Positions 38,832-49,139 of a stretch of 53,496 nt of DNA are shown in pieces. The DNA is taken from NCBI GenBank assembly GCA_036338695.1, contig JAYZBQ010000088.1, positions 1-53,496 on the forward strand, given 5' to 3'. Each line of letters begins with the position of its first letter. Position 1 is the first letter of the stretch. Position numbers and translations under genes: made by a program. This DNA is from Myxococcota bacterium. Its GTDB lineage: Bacteria > Myxococcota > UBA4151. Below the pieces are notes generated by a model. The model saw nothing but the letters and a program-made list of their open reading frames with translations. It ran no database searches and was not told the DNA's origin.

Positions 38832-39514
38832 CCTTTTACCGCCTGCACGACAGCTATCCCGGGTTTCCCGACCCGCGCGACGCCGAACCCAATGGTCTGC
38901 TCGCCATGGGCGGCGATCTCTCGCCCGAGCGCTTGCTGATCGCCTACTCGATGGGGATCTTCCCCTGGTACAACCCGGGCGATCCGATCCTTTGGCACAG
39001 CCCGGACCCGCGCATGGTGCTGCTGCCCGAGGAGCTCCACATCAGCCGCTCGCTCCGGCCGGTGCTCGCGCGCTGCCGATGGGACGTGCGTTACGATCAC
39101 GACTTCGCCCAGGTGATCCGGCGCTGCGCTCAGACGCCGCGGCGCGGGCAGGAGGGGACCTGGATCACGCCCGAGATGATCAAAGCCTATGAGCGGCTCC
39201 ATGAGCTGGGGTTCGCGCACAGCGTTGAGGTCTGGGACGACGATCGACTCATCGGCGGCATGTACGGCGTTGCGTTGGGACGCGCCTTTTTTGGTGAGTC
39301 GATGTTTTATGAGGAGCCGAACGCCTCGAAGGTGGCGCTGGTTCATCTGGTGCGTCGCCTTGATGCGCAGGGCTATGAGCTGCTCGACTGTCAGCAGCAG
39401 ACCGAGCACACCGCGCGCTTTGGCGCCTTCCCGATGGAGCGAGACGAGTTCCTCGACGCCCTCACCGAAGCGCTGTGTCATGAGACGGAGCGTGGCTCAT
39501 GGGCTGGGTCTTAG
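38828..39514 (+). CDS. aat: Leucyl/phenylalanyl-tRNA-protein transferase
   Basis: [39 protein letters not shown] and NASKVAL motifs. Confidence 0.97.
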   Translation: MTFYRLHDSYPGFPDPRDAEPNGLLAMGGDLSPERLLIAYSMGIFPWYNPGDPILWHSPDPRMVLLPEELHISRSLRPVLARCRWDVRYDHDFAQVIRRCAQTPRRGQEGTWITPEMIKAYERLHELGFAHSVEVWDDDRLIGGMYGVALGRAFFGESMFYEEPNASKVALVHLVRRLDAQGYELLDCQQQTEHTARFGAFPMERDEFLDALTEALCHETERGSWAGS

Positions 39515-41777
39515 GTCGCAGCAGGCAGCGGTGTCGGGGTCTGCGCCTTACTAAATGAAAGCACCGGCTCGCCGTCTTTGAGGTCGACTTTGACCTTGCC
39601 TCCGCTCGTGAGTGACCCAAAGAGCAGCTCATCGGCTAAGCGTTTGCGGATCTTTTCGTCGATCAGGCGAGCCATTGGGCGTGCGCCGTAAGCCGCATCA
39701 TAGCCATGCTTTGCGAACCACTTGCGCGCGGCGTCGGTGAGCTGGACGCGCACGCCACGTGGGCGCAGCTGCAGATCGAGCTCATCGACGCACTTATCGA
39801 CGATCAGGCTCATCACCGACTCGGGCAGCGCATCAAAGCGAACCATCTGGTCAAGTCGGTTGCGAAACTCGGGGCTGAAGGTCTTCTCGACGGCGCTGAG
39901 CGCTTTACCTGCGTTCGCCTCGCTGCGTGCCCCAAAGCCGATCGCTTGTTGGTCGGTCATCGCACGCGCCCCGGCGTTGGTCGTCATGATGATGATGCAG
40001 TTCCTAAAGTCGGCCCGCCGGCCGTTGTTGTCGGTGAGCTGCCCGTTGTCCATCACCTGCAGCAGGATGTTGAACAGGTCCGGGTGCGCCTTCTCGATCT
40101 CATCGAGGAGCACGACTGAGCGTGGATTCTTGATCACCTCTTCGGTGAGCAACCCACCTTGATCAAAGCCGACATAGCCGGGGGGCGCGCCGATCAGGCG
40201 GCTCACCGTGTGTCGCTCCATGTACTCGCTCATGTCAAAGCGCAGCAGGCTCATGCTCAAGCAGTCAGCCAGCGCCTTCGCAAGCTCGGTCTTGCCGACT
40301 CCCGTGGGCCCCCAGAACAGAAAGGCGCCGGTGGTTTTGTCGGGGGGGCGTAAGCCCGCTCGAGCGCGTTTGACCGAATCCACCACGGCGTCGATCGCCG
40401 CATCTTGCCCGAACACGCGCAAGCCAAGGTCGCGCCCTAGGTGCCGGATGCCCTCACGCTCATCGCTTGCGATCTTGCGCGTTGGGATCTTCGTCATCGC
40501 CGACAGCGTCGACTCGATGTCATGGACGCTGATCCGCTTGCGAGGCGGTTTGGCGAGCCGCGCCGCAGCGCCGGCCTCGTCCAAGACATCAATGGCTTTG
40601 TCCGGTAGGTAGCGCCCGTGCAGGTATTTTGCGGACAGCTCAACCGAGGCTTCGAGCGCTTTCTTGGAGTAGCGGACGTTGTGGTGCGCCTCGAGGTTCG
40701 CTTGTTGCCCTTGGATCAGAATTTTCAGCGCCTCTTCGTGGCTCGGCTCGCGCACCTCAACGATCTGGAAGCGTCGCGCCAGCGCGCTGTCTTTCTCGAA
40801 GTGAGCTCGATAGTCTTTCCAGGTGGTAGCGCCGATGCATTGGAGTCGGCCTGACGACAGGAGCGGCTTGAGCAGGTTCCCAGCGTCCATGGCGCCGCCT
40901 TGCACCGCCCCGGCGCCCACTAGAGTGTGGACCTCGTCGATGCATAAGATCGGGTGCTTACGCGCCGCCAGGGCATCAATCACCGCCTTGAGTCGGGCCT
41001 CGAAGTCCCCTCGATAACGCGTCCCGGCGGTCAGGCTCGCAAGGTCGAGCGCAAAGAGCTCGGCGTCCTCGAGCAGCTCGGGCACCTTGCCGTGGACGAT
41101 TCGACGCGCCAGCCCCTCGGCCAGCGCCGTTTTTCCGACACCCGCTTCACCCAATAGGAGCGGGTTGTTCTTGCGACGCCTCGAGAGGATCCTAAGCATC
41201 CGCTCCAGCTCGCGGTCGCGGCCGATCAGCGGGTCGATCTCGCCCGCTTCGGCGCGCTCGTTGAGGTTCGTGCAGTAGGCGCTGAGCGGGTCGGACGCGC
41301 TCGCTGACTCGCCGAGCTCCGAGGGCGTCTGCGACGAAGAGAGGCTGACGTCTTGGCTGCCGCGCTCGGCGATCGCCTGCTGGATCATAAACTCGTCGAG
41401 ACCTTGCTCTTCGAGCAACCACGCCGCCTCGCAGTCCTCTTCTCGGAAGAACGCGATCAACACATGACCGCACTCGACGGTGTCGCGCCCGGCGCTCTGT
41501 GCTTGCAGCACGGCGCGCTGCAAAATACGCTGAAAGCCTTGGCTCTGGATCACCTGCTGTTGGGGCTCGCCAACCAGCGCCTTTTCGTTGTTGAGGTAGT
41601 CGTCGAGGTGTTGTTTCATCTCGTCGGTTGGCGCCTGACAGCGCCGTAAAATCTCAAGGATCGAGGGGTCGTGCAGCAACCCAAAGAGCAGGTGCTCGGG
41701 TGTGACATAAAGATGCGATCGGCCCAGGCTCTCGGTGCCTGCTAGCTCCAGCACGACGCTCAGCTCACTCGCCAGTT

Positions 41778-41781
<4 letters not shown>
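39511..41781 (-). CDS. clpA: ATP-dependent Clp protease ATP-binding subunit ClpA
   Basis: N-domain EHLL, two AAA modules ([16 protein letters not shown]), IGF loop, no ClpB middle domain; downstream of clpS. Confidence 0.95.
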
Positions 41782-42520
<739 letters not shown>

Positions 42521-42587
42521 TTGGGGTGGCGAGAGCGACGGGGAGTTGCTAGCCTCCGGCCGTGTGGCACCGAGTCGGAGGAGGGGA

Positions 42588-43685
42588 ATGAGCATGCGCT
42601 GGTATCTCATCGCCGCCGTCTTGCTCGGTGGCTGCTACGATGACCCGATTCAGATCAGCCCGTATGAGCTCACGACGGCGTCAGAGGAGCTTGAGCGCCG
42701 ACAGCGTGAGCGAGATGAGCCCATCCCAGAGCGCTGTGGCAACGGCGAGGTTGACTCGGGTGAGCAGTGTGATGACGGGAACCGAATCGACAACGACGAG
42801 TGCTCGAATCATTGCATCGAGCGGCGCGTGTCGAAGTCCCTCGAGGCGCGCCCCGTGGTCGACGCCGTCGCTGGTTCGCGCCGGTTTGATCGAGACGAGC
42901 GCGGGCGCGTGGTGTTGGCGCCGTTTCAACCCATCCGGCTGTCCGGCCGCGACTCGGTCGTTACCGACGGTACGCTCACAGCGTATGAGTGGAGCCTCGA
43001 CCCGGAGCATGGGGCCTCGGTCCCGAGCGGCTCGCAGGTCTTCTTTGATGACGAGATGAAAGATCGCCCGCGGCTGATGTATTCGGTGCGAGGAGAGGAT
43101 CGCCCGGGCGTTGATGTCCTGGGGACGTACACGGTGGCGCTCCGAGTGCAAGGCAGCGACGGCAGCTGGTCGGCTTTCGCGACGGTCGCGTTTGAGGCGA
43201 AGGCGAACCGAGCGCTCTGGATCGAGCTGACCTGGGATCGAGACGACCACGACGTGGACCTGCACCTGATCCGTACCGCCGATCGCAACCTGGCGTTTGA
43301 CCCGCTTCAGGATTGCTATTTCAGCAACTGCATCCCGCCCTCGCCCGGGCGCTCCACCTTGAACTGGGGCTCGAGCGCCGCAGGGGATGACCCCTTCCTC
43401 GATGTGGACGACGTGGACGGCTTAGGCCCGGAGGTGATCTCGATCCCATCGCCCGAAGACGGCATGTCGTATCTGATCGCGTTGCACATGTTCCGGCTCG
43501 ACTTTGGCCCGGGCACGACGGTGTCACTCAAGGTCCTGGTGGACGGCGAGGTCGTGAGCGAGATGAGCCGAGAGATGGGCAGCCACAACGACTGGTGGGA
43601 GGCGCTCAAGGTGACCTGGGGCGAAGAGGTCGACGTTGAGGTCCTCGACGAGTACTTCAATGACGCACCCAACGGCTTCCCGTAG
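42588..43685 (+). CDS. Lipoprotein with a Myxococcus Cys-rich (DUF4215-like) repeat, a PKD-like domain and a YfaP/DUF2135-like domain
   Basis: LLGGC lipobox; CGNGEVDSGEQCDDGN...CSNHC; LSGRDS...YEWSL...GTYTVALRV; ELTWDRDDHDVDLHL...DVDDVDGLGPEVI. Confidence 0.75.
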   Translation: MSMRWYLIAAVLLGGCYDDPIQISPYELTTASEELERRQRERDEPIPERCGNGEVDSGEQCDDGNRIDNDECSNHCIERRVSKSLEARPVVDAVAGSRRFDRDERGRVVLAPFQPIRLSGRDSVVTDGTLTAYEWSLDPEHGASVPSGSQVFFDDEMKDRPRLMYSVRGEDRPGVDVLGTYTVALRVQGSDGSWSAFATVAFEAKANRALWIELTWDRDDHDVDLHLIRTADRNLAFDPLQDCYFSNCIPPSPGRSTLNWGSSAAGDDPFLDVDDVDGLGPEVISIPSPEDGMSYLIALHMFRLDFGPGTTVSLKVLVDGEVVSEMSREMGSHNDWWEALKVTWGEEVDVEVLDEYFNDAPNGFP

Positions 43686-43743
43686 GCTGGACGATTCCGC
43701 CGACCTGTGCTTGTGAACGTCCCTAACGATCGCGGAGATTGAA

Positions 43744-44724
43744 GTGCGCATTCTCGTCGTCGGGGGAGCCGGCTACATCGGCTCGCACATGGTCCGCTAC
43801 CTGATGGATCGTGAGCATGAGGTGAGCGTCTTCGATAACCTCTCAACGGGTCACCGAGACGCCGTCGGAGACGCTGAGTTTGTCGAAGGTGACCTCGCGA
43901 ACGCAGAGCAGATCGACGAGGTGCTTCGGTCCGCTGCTTTTGACGGGGTGATGCATTTTGCGAGCTCGATCCAAGTGGGGGAGTCGGTCTCGGATCCCGC
44001 CAAGTATTACCGAAACAACGTCACCAACACACAGAACCTGATGGACGCCATGGTGGCGACGCAGACCAACTACTTCGTGTTCTCATCGACGGCGGCTATT
44101 TTTGGGAACCCTGAGTATGTCCCGATGGACGAGGCGCACCCAAAGGCGCCGATCAACCCGTACGGTCGCACCAAGCTGATGGTCGAGCAGATGCTCGATG
44201 ACTACGACCGCGCCTACGGCTTGAAGTCCGTGCGCCTGCGGTACTTCAACGCTGCGGGCGCGCACCCGAGCGGAGCGCTTGGCGAGCGGCATGAGCCCGA
44301 GACCCACCTCATCCCGCTGATCTTGCAAGCGGCCACCGGGCAACGCGACCACATCAAAGTGTTCGGTGATCAGTACGACACGCCCGACGGGACCTGTGTC
44401 CGTGATTACATCCACATCTGTGACCTGGCGGAGGCGCACGATCTCGCCCTCAAGCGCTTGATCGAAAACCGTCAGACCACCAGCTACAACCTGGGCAACG
44501 GTCAGGGATTCTCGGTGCGTCAGGTGATCGATGTGGCGAAATCGGTCAGTGGTGTCGATTTCTCGGTCGTCCAAGCCGAGGCACGCGAGGGCGACCCGGC
44601 GGTGTTGATCGCTGACGCCCAACGCGCTCGTGACGAGCTCGGCTGGTCACCACAATACGGCGCGCTCGAGACCATCATCGACCACGCCTGGCGTTTTGAG
44701 CGAGCTCGGTACGGACGCCCATGA
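43744..44724 (+). CDS. galE: UDP-glucose 4-epimerase
   Basis: GGAGYIGSH, FSSTAA, YGRTK, LRYFNAAGA and DGTCVRDYIH motifs. Confidence 0.96.
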   Translation: MRILVVGGAGYIGSHMVRYLMDREHEVSVFDNLSTGHRDAVGDAEFVEGDLANAEQIDEVLRSAAFDGVMHFASSIQVGESVSDPAKYYRNNVTNTQNLMDAMVATQTNYFVFSSTAAIFGNPEYVPMDEAHPKAPINPYGRTKLMVEQMLDDYDRAYGLKSVRLRYFNAAGAHPSGALGERHEPETHLIPLILQAATGQRDHIKVFGDQYDTPDGTCVRDYIHICDLAEAHDLALKRLIENRQTTSYNLGNGQGFSVRQVIDVAKSVSGVDFSVVQAEAREGDPAVLIADAQRARDELGWSPQYGALETIIDHAWRFERARYGRP

Positions 44725-45884
44725 AGGTCCTGATGGTGCACAACCGGTATCAGATCGCAGGGGGTGAAGACTCTGTGGTCGCGGCCGAGGTGGGGTTGCT
44801 GCGAGCGCACGGGCACTCGGTGGTCATGCACTGGGCGGATAACGACGCGATCCAAGGGGTAGCCTCCAAGGTGCGAGCGGCGCTCTCAGCGACCTACTCA
44901 GCAGCCGCTCGGCGGGCGCTCGCTCGAGTGATCGCCTCAGAGCGGCCGGACGTCGTGCACGTTCACAACTTCTTCCCCTCGCTGTCGCCATCGATCTACG
45001 ACGCCTGCGCTGACGCCCGGGTCCCGGTCGTTCAGACGCTACACAACTACCGAACGATCTGCCCTGGCGCGCTGCTGATGCGCGACCAGAAGGTCTGCGA
45101 GCTGTGCGTCACGGGCTCGCCCTATCAGGCGGTGCGCTACGGATGTTATCGCGACTCAAAGCTCGGCTCACTGGCGGTCGCTCATATGGTGGCGACCCAT
45201 CGCCGCAAGGGGACGTGGTCGCGAAAGATTCAGCGCGTGATCGCCCTGACCGAATTCGCCAAGGCGAAGTATTCCGAGGCAGGGTTTGACCCAAGCCGCA
45301 TTGCGGTCAAGCCGAACTTCATGGCCGACCCGATCGACGGTGACGCGCTCGGCGCGCACGACGAGGGGGCGCTGTTCGTTGGGCGGATCAGCCGCGAGAA
45401 GGGCGTTGAGATCGCCGTTGAGGCGTGGCGCGAGCAGGGGCTCCCGCTCCGCATCGCCGGCGATGGTCCCTTGTTTGAGCAGCTGCGCAGCGCTGCGCTT
45501 CCAAGCACGGTGGAGTTGCTGGGCCGGCAGACCAAAGAGCAGGTCTTTGAGGCGATGAAGCGGGCGCAGTTCTTAGTGATGCCATCCGTCTGGTATGAGG
45601 GCTTCCCGATGGTGATCGTCGAGGCCTTCGCGCATGGGCTGCCGGTGGTTTGCTCGCGCCTTGGAGGTATGGCTGAGGTGGTCGAGGATGGCGTCACCGG
45701 GCTCCACTTTGAGCCTGGCGATGCAGCCGACCTCGCCGATAAGGTGGCGCAACTCAGCGCCGACCCCGAGCGCTGCCGAGCGATGGGGCGCGCCGCGCGC
45801 GACCGCTTCACGAGCGAATACGGGGAGTCGCAGAACATCCGCTACCTTGAGCAGATCTACCAGGACGCAGCGGCGGCGCTTTAG
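44721..45884 (+). CDS. Glycosyltransferase family 4
   Basis: GGED, HVHN, TLHNYR and WYEGFPMVIVEA (Ex7E) motifs. Confidence 0.92.
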   Translation: MKVLMVHNRYQIAGGEDSVVAAEVGLLRAHGHSVVMHWADNDAIQGVASKVRAALSATYSAAARRALARVIASERPDVVHVHNFFPSLSPSIYDACADARVPVVQTLHNYRTICPGALLMRDQKVCELCVTGSPYQAVRYGCYRDSKLGSLAVAHMVATHRRKGTWSRKIQRVIALTEFAKAKYSEAGFDPSRIAVKPNFMADPIDGDALGAHDEGALFVGRISREKGVEIAVEAWREQGLPLRIAGDGPLFEQLRSAALPSTVELLGRQTKEQVFEAMKRAQFLVMPSVWYEGFPMVIVEAFAHGLPVVCSRLGGMAEVVEDGVTGLHFEPGDAADLADKVAQLSADPERCRAMGRAARDRFTSEYGESQNIRYLEQIYQDAAAAL

Positions 45885-48800
45885 AGGCTCCCTAAATCGG
45901 GCGCAAACCCACGCCGCATCGCGTTCTCACAGACGTGTCGAGCGTCGACGAACTGCAGGAGGTAGTCCGGTCCGCCCGCCTTGCCGCCGATACCGCTCAT
46001 CTTGAAGCCGCCGAAGGGGTGCCGCTCCACTAAGGCGCCGGTGCAGGTCCGGTTGATGTAGAGGTTGCCCACCGCGAAGCGACGCTTCGCCTCCTCGATG
46101 CGTAAGGGTGAGCGAGAGTAGAACCCGCCGGTCAGCGCAAAACGCGTCCCGTTGGCGAGCGCAAAGGCGTGCTCCAAGGAGTCGGCGCGAAGGACCGCCA
46201 AGATCGGCCCAAAGACCTCCTCTTGGGCTAACTGGTCTTCGCCGCTGATGTCACGGTAGACGCTCGCTGGCGCATAATGACCCCCCTGGGGCGCAGGCGC
46301 TTGCGCGAGCAGTGTACCCTCGGTTGCGCCGATCGCTTGATAGCGAGCGACCTTTTCAAGCGCCTCGGCGTCGACGACCGGTCCAAGGTCCACCCCGGGG
46401 CGCGCCGAATCCCCGATATGCAGCGCATCCACTGCGTCCTTGAGGCGCTCACAGAAGGCGTCGTGGATCTTATCAAGGACGATGACCCGCGAACACGCCG
46501 AGCACTTTTGACCCGCAAAACCGAAGGCCGACTTGACGACGCCTGCGACGGCTTCATCTAAGTCGGCGTCATCATCGACGATGATGGCGTTCTTGCCGCC
46601 CATCTCGCAGATCACTCGCCGAACCTGCGCCTGCGACGGCCCGGTCACTCCAGCCTCCTTGATGATGTGCAAGCCGACCTCCATGGAGCCCGTAAAGGCA
46701 ACAATCGCTGTGCGTGGGTCGCTGACGAGCGCGGCGCCGACGGTCTCTCCTCGCCCCGGAAGGAGTTGGATAACGTCACCTGGAAACCCAGCCGCTTGGA
46801 TCGCCTCCATCAAGAGCTTGGCGATGGCGCTGCTCTGTTCGGCGGGTTTCATCAAGACGGTGTTGCCGACCACGGCAGCGGCGGCCGTCATACCGGTCAA
46901 GATCGCCAGCGGGAAGTTCCATGGCGCAATCACAACGGCGACGCCGCGTGCGCTGTAGTTGATCGAGTTGGACTCGCCCGGGACATGCGCCTGCAGCGGG
47001 GTCGTCGTCTGCAGCGCCAGCGCCTGTCGGGCGTAATACTCGCAGAAGTCGATCGCTTCAGCGACGTCGGCGTCGGCCTCGGGAAGCGGCTTGCCGACCT
47101 CAAGGCAGATCAGCGCCGTCGCTTCGTCGCGCCGCCGCCGCAGCTCGTGGGCGAGGTTGAACACGCGCTGCGCTCGTATCGACACGGGTTCATCCGCCCA
47201 AGCCCTAAAGGCGCGCTGCGCGTTCTCCATGGCGCGTTGCGCCTGCCCGACGCTAGCGCCCTCAATTCGGGCGAGCAGTTGGTCGCTTTGGTTCGGGTTT
47301 TCGCGGGTCCACCCTTCCGCTTCGCCGGGTTCAAACTGACCGGAAAGGCAGGGCGAGACCTTGAGCGGTAGCCGACCTTTGAGCGCTTGAAGCGCTGCGT
47401 CCCAGCGCGTCTGGCTTGCGATGCGGTGCGGGTTGAGCATGGGCTCGTTGGCGAAGGGCGCGTGTGCCTCCGCCTGACCGAGCTTGGGCTGGCGCGTGGC
47501 GCGCGCAGGCGCGCTGGCATCACCGCCATGCTCGAGCGGGTCTGCGAGCAATTGAGCAGGGCTCAAGCCTTCCCCAGCTTGGACCAGCCAGCCTTCGTTG
47601 CTCGTGTTCTCCAAGAGGCGACGCACGAGGTACGCCATGCCCGGGAGCATCTCACCGACCGGCGTGTAGATGCGCAGCCGGTAGCCGAGGTTGCTGACCG
47701 TCTCCATCAGCCCCTCGGCCATGCCGTAGAGCATCTGAAACTCCAGGTCGCCAGCCGGGATCTGCCGCGCCTCTGCCTCGGCGATGGCGACCGCAATCGA
47801 GCGCGCATTGTGGCTGGCAAACGCAGGGCGCAGCCACTCGATATGATCGAGCAGATAGCGCGTCAGCCGCTCGTAGTTTGCGTCCGTGTCCGCCTTGTTG
47901 AGGTAGACCGGCACCGGCCAGCCCTCTTGCTGTGCCTGGATGATCTCAGCGTCCCAATAGGCGCCCTTGACCAAGCGCACGGTGATCGGCGTCCCGCGTC
48001 GCTCGGCCAGCGCCCGGAGGCGCTTGAGGTCGTCGAGGCTGTCGTTGAGGTAAGCCTGGACGACCACGCCGAGACCGTCCCAATTTCGCAGGTCCTCGGT
48101 CTCGGCGAGCTGCTCAAAGAGCCAGTAAGTGGCCTCGCGGGCGTTGTCGTCCTCCATGTCCACGTTGATGAACGCGCCGAGCTCTTGGGCGCGCCGTGCG
48201 ATCGGACCGAGCAGCTTCCGGCCTTGTTCGAGCAAGCCGGCGCGATCGAGCGGGTTGAAGTGGGGATCGAGCGCCGAGAGCTTGATGCTCAGGTTGACGC
48301 GCGGGACCGCACCCCATGAGGCCTCCTCGTGGCATCCCTGCGCCCAGCTGTCGGCGTCGGAAGCGAGGCTCTCGAGCACCTCGAGGTAGCGGTCCTTATA
48401 GGTCTCCGCTTCGGCGTAACCCAGCGTCTTTTCGCCGAGGAGGTCGACCGTTGAGCTCAGCCCTTTTGCGCGCATTTTCCGGAGCCTCGGGAGCGCCTCA
48501 GCGCCCGTCTCACCGGCGATAAATTGTTTCGCCATCCCCACGACGTTGCGCTCGATCTGGTTGGCGATGATGCCTTTGGCAAAGCCAGAGCCGGCGATCC
48601 GTGCGCCAGCGCGCATCCAGCCAGGCATCGCCGGACCATCTTGGCGGTTGAAGTACTCGTCGATGTGGCGGGCGACCTCGTCGGCGTCCGGGAGCACAGG
48701 CAGGACGTCGACAAAACGGAACATCTCGATCTTGAAGTCGTGGTCTTCCATCACCGACTGCACCAGGTTGGCGGTAAACCCGCTGCCACCAAAGCCGCCA

Positions 48801-48925
48801 GGGTTGTCCCCCATGCCCTTGAGCAAGGCGGCGCCGATCTCTTGCACGCGCGCCTCGGTTGAGGTGCCTGCGTTGCGCTCGCTCAGCGACGGTTTGGATT
48901 TCTTGCTGCGCCGGAAAAGGGCCAT
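45881..48925 (-). CDS. putA: Bifunctional proline dehydrogenase / glutamate-semialdehyde dehydrogenase
   Basis: DLLGE, SIKLSAL, VRLVKGAYWD, ASHN and YLVRRLLEN (PRODH); PWNFP, FTGS, EMGGKN, GQKCSA and EEVFGP (ALDH). Confidence 0.95.
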   Translation of the reverse strand: MALFRRSKKSKPSLSERNAGTSTEARVQEIGAALLKGMGDNPGGFGGSGFTANLVQSVMEDHDFKIEMFRFVDVLPVLPDADEVARHIDEYFNRQDGPAMPGWMRAGARIAGSGFAKGIIANQIERNVVGMAKQFIAGETGAEALPRLRKMRAKGLSSTVDLLGEKTLGYAEAETYKDRYLEVLESLASDADSWAQGCHEEASWGAVPRVNLSIKLSALDPHFNPLDRAGLLEQGRKLLGPIARRAQELGAFINVDMEDDNAREATYWLFEQLAETEDLRNWDGLGVVVQAYLNDSLDDLKRLRALAERRGTPITVRLVKGAYWDAEIIQAQQEGWPVPVYLNKADTDANYERLTRYLLDHIEWLRPAFASHNARSIAVAIAEAEARQIPAGDLEFQMLYGMAEGLMETVSNLGYRLRIYTPVGEMLPGMAYLVRRLLENTSNEGWLVQAGEGLSPAQLLADPLEHGGDASAPARATRQPKLGQAEAHAPFANEPMLNPHRIASQTRWDAALQALKGRLPLKVSPCLSGQFEPGEAEGWTRENPNQSDQLLARIEGASVGQAQRAMENAQRAFRAWADEPVSIRAQRVFNLAHELRRRRDEATALICLEVGKPLPEADADVAEAIDFCEYYARQALALQTTTPLQAHVPGESNSINYSARGVAVVIAPWNFPLAILTGMTAAAAVVGNTVLMKPAEQSSAIAKLLMEAIQAAGFPGDVIQLLPGRGETVGAALVSDPRTAIVAFTGSMEVGLHIIKEAGVTGPSQAQVRRVICEMGGKNAIIVDDDADLDEAVAGVVKSAFGFAGQKCSACSRVIVLDKIHDAFCERLKDAVDALHIGDSARPGVDLGPVVDAEALEKVARYQAIGATEGTLLAQAPAPQGGHYAPASVYRDISGEDQLAQEEVFGPILAVLRADSLEHAFALANGTRFALTGGFYSRSPLRIEEAKRRFAVGNLYINRTCTGALVERHPFGGFKMSGIGGKAGGPDYLLQFVDARHVCENAMRRGFAPDLGSL

Positions 48926-49139
48926 GATCACCCCCTGCGATAGACCCTGTCAGGCTAGCGAGAGCGCCTTGTCTGGTCAAACCAAGTCTGCGCTTAATCG
49001 TCGAGGCTGTGGCGTGATTAGGCGGCTTGGATGCGGCTTGATCCATGTTGATCGCGATGAACCCGAATCGATGATGAGGCGGTGTTGGCTTGACGGATGC
49101 AGCATTGAAGCGCAGCGCTTGGGGTATTGGGGGGATGTT

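Noticed and set aside
48546..49139. N-terminal 198 aa of the 835-aa ORF
   Set aside because: Overlaps the 5' end of putA on the opposite strand; the membrane protein plausibly starts near 49071-49140.
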